Shown piece by piece: positions 20,544 to 30,813 of a DNA stretch of 64,000 nt. The DNA comes from an uncultured Nitrososphaeraceae archaeon. GTDB taxonomy: Archaea; Thermoproteota; Nitrososphaeria; Nitrososphaerales; Nitrososphaeraceae. Position numbers and translations under genes: made by a program. Location: positions 320,001 through 384,000 of the forward strand of contig CAVXZB010000019.1 of NCBI GenBank assembly GCA_963765895.1, written 5' to 3'. Each line of letters opens with the position of its first letter. The first letter of the stretch is position 1. Under the pieces are notes generated by a model. It ran no database searches and was not told the DNA's origin. It worked only from the letters and a program-made list of their open reading frames with translations.

Positions 20544-21770
20544 TTATATTCCTTTATATCGTTGCTGAACCTTACTAAGTTTATCAATTTCAATATTCAT
20601 GGACCGGAGGGCGGCGTGGGCAACCAGATTATCGATTTCTTTAGGAACGCAATAGATACCCGGCTGCAAACTGTTGTTATTTTTAACTAGATATATTATT
20701 GAAAGCAGCTGATTGGCAAAGGACAAGGCCATAATTTCGGGCGGACTTCCTTCAGAACTAACTAGATTCAGAACCCTTCCACAAGATACCAAATAAACGA
20801 TTTTTCCGTTGACTGTAAATCGTTCTACATTTGGTCTTACCTGTACTGGAGATCGATCTTTATTATATAAGGATTTGACATCAATCTCAACATCAAAGTG
20901 GCCAGCATTTGCGAGTATCACTCCATTCTTCATCTTTAAAATTTCGTCTATAGTAACAACATGTTTCTGGCCAGTACAAGTAATAATAAAATCGGCGTAG
21001 TCTGCACATACAGAGAGCTGCGCCACATAAAAGCCATCCATAGAAGCCTCTAGTGCCCTTACTGAATCTACTTCAGTTACACTAACGATTGCCCCCATAC
21101 CTCTAGCTCTCGAAGCTACACCCTTTCCCACCCAACCATATCCACAGACTACTATATGCTTACCAGCAAGGAATAATCCAGTTGCTCGCAATAGTCCGTC
21201 TATTGCACTCTGACCCGTGCCATATCGATTATCGAACAAATGCTTAGTACTAGCATTATTTACTCCAATTATTGGATATGCGAGCCCTTTTCTTGAATGG
21301 AGAATACGTAGCCTTGACACTCCTGATGTGGTTTCCTCTGTCCCGCCAATTAGCTTTGTGATTCCTGATTGATGTATTTTGCTATGCAAGTCCGCCCCAT
21401 CGTCTACCGCAATATCCGGATCGAATCGTATGACATCCATAATACACTGATTGTATTCACTTTTGGATTCGCCTCGCCAGGCATACGTCAATATGTTCTC
21501 AGAAGAAAGAAAGGCAGCAATATCATCCTGGGTTGACAATGGATTAGCAGAACAAATTGCGATCTGCCCTCCTAAGTTTTGGGCGCATCTAACAAGCACT
21601 GATGTCTCTTTTGTAATATGTAAGCAGAAGGCAAGCTTTACTCCCAGTAGAGGCTTCTTCCGCATATACCCCTTCAAAATGTAATCAAATATTGTCATAT
21701 GAGCCCTCGCCCAAGCATGTGCCTTTTTTCCCGCTTGCGCCAGTTTCTTGTCGGCGATCCTTCCAACCAT
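20544..21770 (-). CDS. ahcY: Adenosylhomocysteinase paralog 1 (divergent)
   Basis: LHITKET, NPLSTQD, DDGAD, EETTSG, FDNRYGTGQS, GYGWVGKG, GHFDVEI; GSP instead of GHP. Confidence 0.88.
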   Translation of the reverse strand: MVGRIADKKLAQAGKKAHAWARAHMTIFDYILKGYMRKKPLLGVKLAFCLHITKETSVLVRCAQNLGGQIAICSANPLSTQDDIAAFLSSENILTYAWRGESKSEYNQCIMDVIRFDPDIAVDDGADLHSKIHQSGITKLIGGTEETTSGVSRLRILHSRKGLAYPIIGVNNASTKHLFDNRYGTGQSAIDGLLRATGLFLAGKHIVVCGYGWVGKGVASRARGMGAIVSVTEVDSVRALEASMDGFYVAQLSVCADYADFIITCTGQKHVVTIDEILKMKNGVILANAGHFDVEIDVKSLYNKDRSPVQVRPNVERFTVNGKIVYLVSCGRVLNLVSSEGSPPEIMALSFANQLLSIIYLVKNNNSLQPGIYCVPKEIDNLVAHAALRSMNIEIDKLSKVQQRYKGI

Positions 21771-21900
21771 CTTGAATACTTTAGACGTCTTTTAATTATA
21801 AGATCATTCCTGGAGATAACTCGCTTTGGAACACGAGCGAGGTCTTGTTCTTCATAACAATTTATAGCCCCTGTGTACCATTTACTGTGTTATTCTGAAA

Positions 21901-22206
21901 ATGACATTGACTCGAATAGCAGATGTAAAAGAGATTTCAAATGGACGCGGCAAAGAAGTCAATATAAATGGCAATAGGATTGCGCTATTCCGCGTTAATG
22001 ATAGCTTTTATGCTATTGAAGCGCTATGTCGCCATCAAGATGGCTCATTGGCTCCTGGAAGGATTGATGGCGAGATCGTAGAATGCCCACTTCATTCGTG
22101 GCACTATAACATAAGGACAGGAGAATTGCTTGATTTCTTACAGGACGTGAAATTGAATACCTACAAAGTAGAAGTAAAGGATGAAGGCATTTATATTGAC
22201 GTCTAA
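21901..22206 (+). CDS. Rieske [2Fe-2S] ferredoxin
   Basis: CRH ... CPLH Rieske ligands. Confidence 0.9.
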   Translation: MTLTRIADVKEISNGRGKEVNINGNRIALFRVNDSFYAIEALCRHQDGSLAPGRIDGEIVECPLHSWHYNIRTGELLDFLQDVKLNTYKVEVKDEGIYIDV

Positions 22207-22227
22207 TTTGGTCGTGTTTTTGGGCTG

Positions 22228-22235
22228 TATATAAA
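22228..22235 (+). promoter_or_regulatory. Putative TATA box of cysS
   Basis: TATATAAA ending 24 nt before the inferred CTG start at 22260. Confidence 0.5.
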
Positions 22236-22259
22236 TTAGACAAAAGGAGAAGGCGAGCT

Positions 22260-23657
22260 CTGAACATATACGATACTCTAACAAGGGTATATCAGAAACT
22301 ACCAACTAATGGTAGTCTTATAAGGATATACGTATGTGGAGTTACAGTATATGATCGGTCCCATATAGGTCATGCAAGGACTATTGTGATCTTTGATGTA
22401 CTTAATAGGTATCTCAAGTCTAAAGGCATATCGACATATTTAGTTGAAAACTTTACGGATGTAGACGATAAAATCATAAATCGATCTAGGACAGAAGGAG
22501 TAGATCCTAATGAACTTGCATCAAAATACATTCAACTGTATTTTGAAGATTTCAACGCGTTAAATGTTACTAATGCCAACATATATCCGCGTGCTACCGA
22601 TCATATTGCTGAAATTATACAAATAATTTCAGGATTACTTGCAAAAGACCATGCCTATTTGTCCACAAATGGCATATATTTTAGAGTTAAGTCCTTTGCA
22701 AAGTATGGAAAATTGTCTAAAAAGAGTATCAGACAATTAGAAGCGGGAGCTCGTGTTGAGATAGATGTTTCAAAAGAATACCCCCTTGACTTCGCACTCT
22801 GGAAATTTTATTCTGATTATCCTAATTTCACTAGTCCTTGGGGTAATGGCCGGCCAGGTTGGCATATAGAATGTACTGCCATGGCATTGAAGTACTTGGG
22901 CGAGTCTATTGAAATTCACGGAGGCGGAAACGACCTAATATTTCCACACCATGAAAACGAAATTGCTCAGTCGGAGTCTTACACTGGACAGACACTGGCG
23001 AAGATTTGGATGCATGTCGGTATGGTCACTATTAATACAGAAAAGATGTCAAAATCGCTTGGAAATATAGTACCAATAAAAGATGCAGTGCAAAAATGGG
23101 GCCCCAATACCATTAGATTGTTCTGTTTGTCAGTAAGATATACAAAACCATTAGATTATCAAGACTTGCTTCTGAAAGAAGCTGCTCAGAAATGGAAACA
23201 AATTGAAGTATGTGTCTGGGAATTGGAGAACTGGAGAGGTGATTCTTCTAAAAGTAAAGACAGCATGTTGGACTTATGCACTCAAGCCGAAAAATTATTT
23301 GATCGTGCCATGGAAAATAATCTAGATACTCCGGTCGCAATTAGAGAACTAATGAAATTTGTAAATGAAATCAATAGAATTGTATCAGATGACGCCCTTG
23401 ACGAAGAGATTGCTTCCAAGGCAAAATCGACAATTCGTTCCATGCTTAAAATATTGGGCTTAAAAATTGCCTCTGTGATGCCCGAAGAAAGGGATAAGAT
23501 TGATAGAATGGTTAAACTTAGAGAAAAGTTACGAATGGAACATAAGTATGAAGAGGCCGATTCTCTGAGATTCGAATTGGCTAATAAATATTCTGTTGAA
23601 TTAATTGACCACAAGTATAAGACCACATGGCGAAAGAGTGATATTGCCACATTTTAA
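22260..23657 (+). CDS. cysS: Cysteine--tRNA ligase (inferred CTG start)
   Basis: In-frame LNIYDTLT...YVCGVTVYD..HIGH lies upstream of the ORF-track start; GRPGWHIEC, FPHHENE, KMSKS. Confidence 0.95.
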   Translation: MNIYDTLTRVYQKLPTNGSLIRIYVCGVTVYDRSHIGHARTIVIFDVLNRYLKSKGISTYLVENFTDVDDKIINRSRTEGVDPNELASKYIQLYFEDFNALNVTNANIYPRATDHIAEIIQIISGLLAKDHAYLSTNGIYFRVKSFAKYGKLSKKSIRQLEAGARVEIDVSKEYPLDFALWKFYSDYPNFTSPWGNGRPGWHIECTAMALKYLGESIEIHGGGNDLIFPHHENEIAQSESYTGQTLAKIWMHVGMVTINTEKMSKSLGNIVPIKDAVQKWGPNTIRLFCLSVRYTKPLDYQDLLLKEAAQKWKQIEVCVWELENWRGDSSKSKDSMLDLCTQAEKLFDRAMENNLDTPVAIRELMKFVNEINRIVSDDALDEEIASKAKSTIRSMLKILGLKIASVMPEERDKIDRMVKLREKLRMEHKYEEADSLRFELANKYSVELIDHKYKTTWRKSDIATF

Positions 23658-24045
23658 CTACCGTCTCTATGAAGAAAGGTACAATTTTCCACGATTAAAA
23701 TAGTTCGGACCGTTACACGTATCAAAAAACATCCAAAAATATTGATGCAGACTGTATTATTTCTTTTTTGATTACCCTGGAGAAGACATTACTTATAAAT
23801 ATCTACCACATTACATAATACAAATCAATATCCATACTAAGGGATACAGATATGAAACGGTTTATCATATCTGATTTCACCCGAACACTTAGGCAGTGTC
23901 TGAATAGATTAGTCATTTATTACTTATTCGAAAATCCGATATTATACTACAATTAAAGATCCATTTCACTTCTAATTTGAAGTAGCATACCGTATTGTCT
24001 CTAAGCCACCTAAGCGAGATTCAAATATGTATTAGATGTTGCTAC

Positions 24046-25050
24046 TCAAGTTTCAGTGCTACTAGGCCACATCATTTTCCTAATACCTCGTCCTACTATC
24101 TCAATTTCGTGATTCTCTAGCTCCTTCATATACTTGGAAAAGGAAGCCTTATTGTCTTTCTTATAGGCACTCTGCCACTCCTCTGCAAATTGGCCAGATT
24201 TTATTTCTTCCAAAATATTTTTCATCTTGACTTTTGAATCTGCATCGATAATTTTCGATCCTCGAGTGAGCCCCCCATAGCGGGCTGTTTCACTAACTCG
24301 CCGGTACATTCCTGTGATGCCATATTTCTGGATGAGATCGACAATTAGTTTAAGCTCGTGAAGACATTCAAAATAGGCAACCTCAGGTTGATATCCTGCT
24401 TCTACAAGAGTTTCAAATGCACTGAGTATCAACCTGTGAGACCCACCACACAGATCGGCTTGTTCTCCGAACCAGTCTGTCTCTACCTCTTCTTTGAATG
24501 TCGTTTGAATTACACCTGGTCTTGTACTTCCTATTGCCTTGGCCATCGCCAAGACCCTCTCCCATGCCTTTTCCGTATAGTCCTGATAAACTGCCACTAG
24601 GGATGGCGTGCCAAAAGATTGCTGGAATAGTTCTCTGACCAACTGTCCAGGACCCTTTGGAGCAACCATCACAATGTCGAGATCCTTAGGAGGGCTAATC
24701 CAATTCCAATGAATCGCGGCTCCGTGAGAGAAGCTCAATGCTTTACCTTTTTCCAAAAAAGGCGCGATCTCCTTTCTGTATATTTCAGCCTGTTCCATGT
24801 CAGGTATCAAAATATGAATCACATCTGCTCTCTTGGTGGCTTCCGATATAGTAACGACATTGTGACCATCGTCTTGAGCAGATTTCCAGCTATTTCCATT
24901 ATTTCTAAGTCCCACCAATACGTCCAACCCAGAGTCCTTCATATTCTTCGCTTGAGCTGATCCTTGAATACCATAACCTATAACAGAAAATGTCTGGTCT
25001 TTAACCCAATCTAAGTCAACATCTTTATCTAACCATTTCTTTGCAGACAA
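24046..25050 (-). CDS. ilvC: Ketol-acid reductoisomerase
   Basis: IGYGIQG, MVAPKGPG, ETDWFGEQ, FECLHELKLIVDL; start (TTG ~25050) estimated. Confidence 0.95.
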   Translation of the reverse strand: MSAKKWLDKDVDLDWVKDQTFSVIGYGIQGSAQAKNMKDSGLDVLVGLRNNGNSWKSAQDDGHNVVTISEATKRADVIHILIPDMEQAEIYRKEIAPFLEKGKALSFSHGAAIHWNWISPPKDLDIVMVAPKGPGQLVRELFQQSFGTPSLVAVYQDYTEKAWERVLAMAKAIGSTRPGVIQTTFKEEVETDWFGEQADLCGGSHRLILSAFETLVEAGYQPEVAYFECLHELKLIVDLIQKYGITGMYRRVSETARYGGLTRGSKIIDADSKVKMKNILEEIKSGQFAEEWQSAYKKDNKASFSKYMKELENHEIEIVGRGIRKMMWPSSTET

Positions 25051-25211
25051 CAAGACAACTGTGTTTATCATATATATATGCTGTATGAAATTTCGAACAT
25101 CAGGCTGCGTTCTCCTTATGATATTAGCGGCTGTAGTAAACATGCAAGTATAATGAATGAAATAAGAGAAATAACCAAATATGATTTCGAGTACGACTGG
25201 AAGGATACAGC

Positions 25212-26186
25212 CTATCTATGTTTTGAAATTTTGCGTACCCTTATGAGATCAACAAAATAAAAGAGATATGATCTATTCGCAATCTTTAAGATCCATGGGA
25301 TAAAAGATTCTGCCTTCCTAGACTTTTCAAATATCTCAAAGCCTGAATCGCCCAAAAGTGCTCTAAACGTTGTGCCATCAAATTTGTTCTTAGGTTTAGG
25401 TTCACGATTGTAATCATATGGATCCGCGAAAAAAGCCTCAGCATGTGGCTTAAGAAGCCCATGTATGGAGGACAGTAATTTTGTCGGATCAACTAGTTCA
25501 AGTAAATTTACAACAAGAACCAGGTCAAATTTCATGGCGCCAAATGGAGGATCCATTGAATCTGCTACACAAAATTCTGAATTCCTTATGTTTGCTTGCG
25601 ACATCCGCCTACGAGCCTCCTTGACAAAAGAAAATGATAGATCTATCCCAATTGCATAAGAGTACTTTCGTGAGAGCTGCAGAGTAGTATATCCCATTGA
25701 ACAACCTAAATCCAGCGCTAAACCTTCGATTCTAACAGGCACCTGTCCGATGATTTTATCATAAAGTTCAGTGGGCTTAATGTCTCGTTTCAGCAGTTTG
25801 AGAAAATGATCATCAAATGTATAATCATACTGCGTCCATTTGTACGGAGTAAACCAATATCCATCCTCTTCATAGCGATCGTTCGAAACTGAATCAGGGT
25901 TCAATCGTGTTGCAAAGTCCCTGAGAAATTCCTTCATTTCTATCGTCTTGCTTCCTAATAGCCAACTTCCATAGACTGCACCCCTATTGCTTGCATATCT
26001 CAGAAAGTCTCTGACCAAAATGGGGACACCTTCTACGATTGGATATCGAGTATTGCAAAGCTCGCATACTAATAATCCTTCCACGCACTCGTTATCACCT
26101 ACTACGTTAAGTGGATTTAAAGTCAGTCTTACTTGCTTATCCCTGTGATGCAAGCAGATTAGATTATTGGTGAATCTCATATTCAT
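25212..26186 (-). CDS. Class I SAM-dependent methyltransferase with N-terminal Trm112-like domain
   Basis: EGLLVCELCNTRYPIVEGVPIL; LDLGCSMG, GIDLS, VAD, FDLV motifs. Confidence 0.8.
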   Translation of the reverse strand: MNMRFTNNLICLHHRDKQVRLTLNPLNVVGDNECVEGLLVCELCNTRYPIVEGVPILVRDFLRYASNRGAVYGSWLLGSKTIEMKEFLRDFATRLNPDSVSNDRYEEDGYWFTPYKWTQYDYTFDDHFLKLLKRDIKPTELYDKIIGQVPVRIEGLALDLGCSMGYTTLQLSRKYSYAIGIDLSFSFVKEARRRMSQANIRNSEFCVADSMDPPFGAMKFDLVLVVNLLELVDPTKLLSSIHGLLKPHAEAFFADPYDYNREPKPKNKFDGTTFRALLGDSGFEIFEKSRKAESFIPWILKIANRSYLFYFVDLIRVRKISKHR

Positions 26187-27049
26187 AAGGCTCTACTAGA
26201 CAAAATAATCCACACAGTTGGTACGTAAGAACGTTTGCAAACCTGTAATTATGGTTTACAACAAGCGTATTTCTTTATTACATTGGTTCACTATGAAAAT
26301 CGTTTTTGTGTTCCTTTTTCTTTGTAGGCCTGATAAGGCTCAGCACATACAAAAAGCCCTAAAGAAAGTATTGTTGTTTTGATTGACGTTAAGAAAATTA
26401 ATCAACTTATAGATGAAAATACTTTCTTACTAGTCATGTTCAAATCAATCGAAGAAAATAAATAGAATTTCAAATGTATTTCTAGCAGCTCGGCATCCGT
26501 CTCAAAAATTTAAGGACAAACTCTCAGCATAGTCCTAAGTCCAGTAACTCATCGACAGAATTCGAATAGATCATAAAATGTATGTAAGTGAGTAATTATT
26601 CAGGATGAATTTAGATACTTTACCGTAACTGCCCTCGCAATGGATTTCCAAGTCTCGATGCAAAATGCCTCATAAGTTCTTAAAATGACAGCTTGAATCG
26701 GGCAGCATAAGATCATCCAGACAGAATTTTGTAAATGGCGTACATCCCCAGAATTGATTTTGCCATTTTATCCAGCCCCTAACAATTTTGCTTCATTGTC
26801 TGGATATGTTCATATAGATAGTAATCACACGATAATTACTACTGGAATAAAAATCGGAAAAGATTTACCTTCTTCAGGTATAATATGTGATTAATAGTAC
26901 TTTTACAATGTGCGGATAGAGAAGAATGCAAAACAATAGGGGCAAAACACTATTCTTGCTCTGTTTTCTTTAGGAGTTGACAAAGTAAATATCACCTTCT
27001 GTAAGTATATCTCATATATTATATATCATTCGTATTAACCTGGGGCAGA

Positions 27050-27193
27050 TTACAATACATAGTTACATAGGCAGATTTTTTTGTTACAACATGGGCATTT
27101 CTTATAGGATTGAACAAATGCACATCTCTTCCCATGTAATTCACACAAAAGGATCTTATACTGAGATATTTCAGCTTTTGTAAATTCGTTCAT
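27050..27193 (-). CDS. Putative 47-aa Cys-rich peptide
   Basis: MNEFTKAEISQYKILLCELHGKRCAFVQSYKKCPCCNKKICLCNYVL*. Confidence 0.4.
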   Translation of the reverse strand: MNEFTKAEISQYKILLCELHGKRCAFVQSYKKCPCCNKKICLCNYVL

Positions 27194-27300
27194 CCTAAAG
27201 ACATGATTGTCGACAGATTCATTAAAATCGCATGCGAGCTACTTTGGAGAATCCAGTTAAAAAATATACACTATTCTAGTATTGTGATTCAATTCTCTAT

Positions 27301-28212
27301 TTAGAATCTGGAGTGTTTCCTAAATCTCTTCGTAGGTAATGCCCCATAAACCTCGTAAAGCTTCGAATACGAAGTACCAAAGTCGATGCTTTTGGATAAT
27401 GCATTTTTTGTATCCTCAATGAACGATTTGATTTTGCTGTTATCACGAAGTTTAATGTACTCAGCAAGGGTGGCGGCCTGAAAGTTATATTTTCTGATAA
27501 GATCAATCACGAACGGGCTTTCAGTAAACAATGAAGCAATCAAACTCGGCTCATCAGTCAACATACTTTCGCTCAATAACGATTGTATCGCAAAACTAGT
27601 GCCTGATAACGACTTAAGACTGGGCATATCTTGATCGGTTAAACATTGTGCAAAAAGAATGTTTACGTAATATGCTAACGATAATAGTACAGACATATAT
27701 CTATCGTGAGTTTTCCAGTCATTTATCACTATTATTTTCAGATTTAGAAAAAGATCATTAAGGATGCTTAACTCTCTCTCTTCATTCTTGACTGGTATCA
27801 TCAAAACTTTTTGTGTATTACGCTTAATTGATCCTGGGCCAAACATAGGATGTATGCATAGCAAATTAATATGCCGTCTTATCTTTTTCAGAGTTCTAAA
27901 GGTGTTGTATTTTATTGAAGAAATTTCAATCAGAGATGCCCCTTTACGCATAAGTGGGGCACATTTCTCTATTGTACTAGCGGTATCCACAAGAGGAACA
28001 CAAATGATTACAACGTCTGAGAGAGTGACGCATTCATCCAATGACTTACAAACGGTTAAACCAGATTGGCTGTGCAACTGGTGTGGCCGTATATCAAATA
28101 CAAGTAAAGATTTGTGTCTCTTAGAAAAGTATCTTACGAACCACTTTCCCATTTTCCCAAGCCAGCCCACGATTCCGATTGTTTTTGATGACAAGGCTAT
28201 TACGAGGACCAT
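27301..28212 (-). CDS. tyrA: Prephenate/arogenate dehydrogenase
   Basis: GWLGKMG Rossmann, EISSIK, HPMFGP, HDRYMS. Confidence 0.88.
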   Translation of the reverse strand: MVLVIALSSKTIGIVGWLGKMGKWFVRYFSKRHKSLLVFDIRPHQLHSQSGLTVCKSLDECVTLSDVVIICVPLVDTASTIEKCAPLMRKGASLIEISSIKYNTFRTLKKIRRHINLLCIHPMFGPGSIKRNTQKVLMIPVKNEERELSILNDLFLNLKIIVINDWKTHDRYMSVLLSLAYYVNILFAQCLTDQDMPSLKSLSGTSFAIQSLLSESMLTDEPSLIASLFTESPFVIDLIRKYNFQAATLAEYIKLRDNSKIKSFIEDTKNALSKSIDFGTSYSKLYEVYGALPTKRFRKHSRF

Positions 28213-29576
28213 ATCCTCTCAAATTTTTCCATCCCCTCAGCAAGCAATGCTTCCGACTGGCATGCAGAAATCCTTATGAAATTATGATAATGGTCCCCAA
28301 AGGCGCTGCCAGGTGCAACTGCTACTCCGGACTGCAAGAGTTTTTCTACTAGAGATAAATCTTTGCGATTTGATCCCTCTCCAATCTTTGGAAAAACATA
28401 GAAAGAACCGTCGGGCTTAAAATATGGGATCGACAATCTGCGAAGAATAGCCGTAATTATTTCGAGCCTTTGTTTAAAAAGCTGAGTGTTATCTATGCCA
28501 ATATCTTTTAAGGCAGCCAAAGCGGAGTATTGAATTGGTTCAGAAACACTAGTAACCGCCAAAGCTTGAATATTTTTGACTTTGTCAATGATATCCTTAG
28601 TAGCAACAATATATCCAATTCTAAATCCAGTCATTGCAAAGCGCTTCGAAAAGCTAGAGATCATAATGTTTCTACTATATTCGTTTTCCAAAATGCTCTG
28701 GAATCTAGTGAACGTATAACTAGAGTAGACTTCGTCGCTTAGTAGATAAATACTGTTTTCTTTTGCGATTTGATGTATTTTTTCAAGTATTTTATCGTCG
28801 AGTATCTTCCCAGTTGGATTATTGGGATAATTTATAATTATCATTTTTGTATTGTCGTTTATCATACATTCTAGCTCCTTAACACTCGGTGTCCAGGCAT
28901 TTTCAAGACTTGTCCTTAGTGACCTAATTCTGGCCCCAACAAAATCTGTGCATTCCTTATAGGCAGGCCAAGCAGGTTCAATCGATATCACTTCCTCATT
29001 AGGCCGTACTAATGCGACAATAGCTGCAAACACCCCAAACCTTGCACCTGGAGTGACCAAAATGTTATTATCAGCTACACCAAATCCCACGTCATTAGCT
29101 ATACTTTGTCTCAATTTTAATATCCCTACAGTCTCGGTGTAATGATATTGGCCAGAGTCATAGGCCTCAATCAATGCATTACGAATAGCTGGTGGTGCCC
29201 TAAAGTCGGGTTCTCCGACTTCCATATGTATTATTTTTTTCCCTGTTGCTTCCAATTGCTTAGCTTTATTAAATATACTCAAATGAGTTTGTTTTCCGTC
29301 CTTTTGCTGAATCTCTTGAACCTTGACTGACGCTGAAAGCAAGACATTTAACAATTGACTTGCAAATCTTAAATCTAATCCAATGTCTTTGCATAACAAC
29401 ATCACCGATTTCCGGATATCATCTTCCGCATTCTGATCAGTAACTTCTATACTAAGATTTGACTTGATCTCTCCGATCTCTTTGGCGATTTCCATCCTTT
29501 TTTGAACTTTCAGAAAAATTTCGTTCGTGAGATCGCGCATTTGAAGTCTTAATTTCTCGATGTTTGTAATTGTCAG
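28200..29576 (-). CDS. Chorismate mutase domain fused to class I aminotransferase
   Basis: N-terminal IEKLR...KRMEIAKEIGEIK CM helices; VGEPDF, NYPNNPTG, SDEVY, SFSKRFAMTGFRIG; start non-canonical (CTG 29576 or ATT 29570). Confidence 0.88.
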   Translation of the reverse strand: MTITNIEKLRLQMRDLTNEIFLKVQKRMEIAKEIGEIKSNLSIEVTDQNAEDDIRKSVMLLCKDIGLDLRFASQLLNVLLSASVKVQEIQQKDGKQTHLSIFNKAKQLEATGKKIIHMEVGEPDFRAPPAIRNALIEAYDSGQYHYTETVGILKLRQSIANDVGFGVADNNILVTPGARFGVFAAIVALVRPNEEVISIEPAWPAYKECTDFVGARIRSLRTSLENAWTPSVKELECMINDNTKMIIINYPNNPTGKILDDKILEKIHQIAKENSIYLLSDEVYSSYTFTRFQSILENEYSRNIMISSFSKRFAMTGFRIGYIVATKDIIDKVKNIQALAVTSVSEPIQYSALAALKDIGIDNTQLFKQRLEIITAILRRLSIPYFKPDGSFYVFPKIGEGSNRKDLSLVEKLLQSGVAVAPGSAFGDHYHNFIRISACQSEALLAEGMEKFERIWSS

Positions 29577-29584
29577 TCCCCCTC

Positions 29585-30685
29585 TTACCCCTTTAGCACA
29601 GCTGGTACATGCCCACTTTTAATCGCATGATCAGTCAAAACTATAGAGACCATTGATTCAACTACTGGCGCTGCTCGAGGGACCACGCATGGATCATGCC
29701 GTCCAGGCACGCTCAATTCTACTTCGTCACCGGTGACCATGTTGAGTGTACGTTGCGGCTTCAAAATCGAAGCCGCTGGCTTAAATCCAATCCTAATAAC
29801 TAGTGGCATCCCGTCAGACAAACCACCCAAAATACCTCCAGAATTGTTAGTTCTAGTCATTACCTTGTTCCCATTTTTATAAAATGTATCATTATTTTCT
29901 GAACCACGTAAGCTGCAACCGGCAAAACCCGAGCCGAATTCAATGGCCTTTACAGCGGGTATGCTAAATAGAGCTTTACTAAGATCAGATTCAAGTGAGC
30001 TAAAAATTGGTTCTCCCAATCCAACAGGCATACCTACGGTCACAGACTCGACAATACCCCCAAGCGAGTCCCCGTCTCTTCTAGCTTTTAGAATCGACTC
30101 TCGCATTTTTTTTGCCACTTCATTGTCTGGACACCTAATGTCGTTTGTATATCTATCCTTTTGCGCATCACCAAACTGTATATCGTCCATACAAATCCTG
30201 CCTATTTGTTTCGTATATGCAATCGTCTCAATACCTAGGGTATGACGCAATAGTTTCTGTGATACTGCACCCGCCATAACAAATGTAGCCGTCAATCTCC
30301 CGGAGAACCTTCCGCTACCTCGATAGTCTGAAAATCCCCCGTATTTAACAAACGACGTGTAATCTGAATGTCCAGGTCTTGGAACCGATTTTACAAAGTC
30401 ATAAGCCCTTGAATCAGAATCTTTATTCCAAATAATCATGCAAATAGGAGCTCCAGTTGTTATATTATTAAATACACCTGATAGGATAGAAACTTTGTCT
30501 GCTTCCATTCGTTGAGTCGTTACCGCGGATTGTCCTGGTCTTCTTTTATCCAATTCCTCCTGGACGTCAGATTCGGTTAAAGGCATGCCTGCTGGGCACC
30601 CGTCAATTACCACACCTATGCAAGTCCCATGGCTTTCTCCAAAACTCATGGCTATAAATCGATCACCAATCAAATTTCCGGGCAT
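29585..30685 (-). CDS. aroC: Chorismate synthase
   Basis: GESHG, RRPGQ, PRPGHSD, GRHDPC. Confidence 0.96.
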   Translation of the reverse strand: MPGNLIGDRFIAMSFGESHGTCIGVVIDGCPAGMPLTESDVQEELDKRRPGQSAVTTQRMEADKVSILSGVFNNITTGAPICMIIWNKDSDSRAYDFVKSVPRPGHSDYTSFVKYGGFSDYRGSGRFSGRLTATFVMAGAVSQKLLRHTLGIETIAYTKQIGRICMDDIQFGDAQKDRYTNDIRCPDNEVAKKMRESILKARRDGDSLGGIVESVTVGMPVGLGEPIFSSLESDLSKALFSIPAVKAIEFGSGFAGCSLRGSENNDTFYKNGNKVMTRTNNSGGILGGLSDGMPLVIRIGFKPAASILKPQRTLNMVTGDEVELSVPGRHDPCVVPRAAPVVESMVSIVLTDHAIKSGHVPAVLKG

Positions 30686-30813
30686 ATTTCTTTCCTCCCT
30701 AACCCATCTAATAGATTCCTTTTTGACTTGACTCTGATATATACATTCAATCTCATATCAAGAACCCAACCAGGTCACTACTAAATCTTAGTTGTATACA
30801 GATTCGATTGGGC

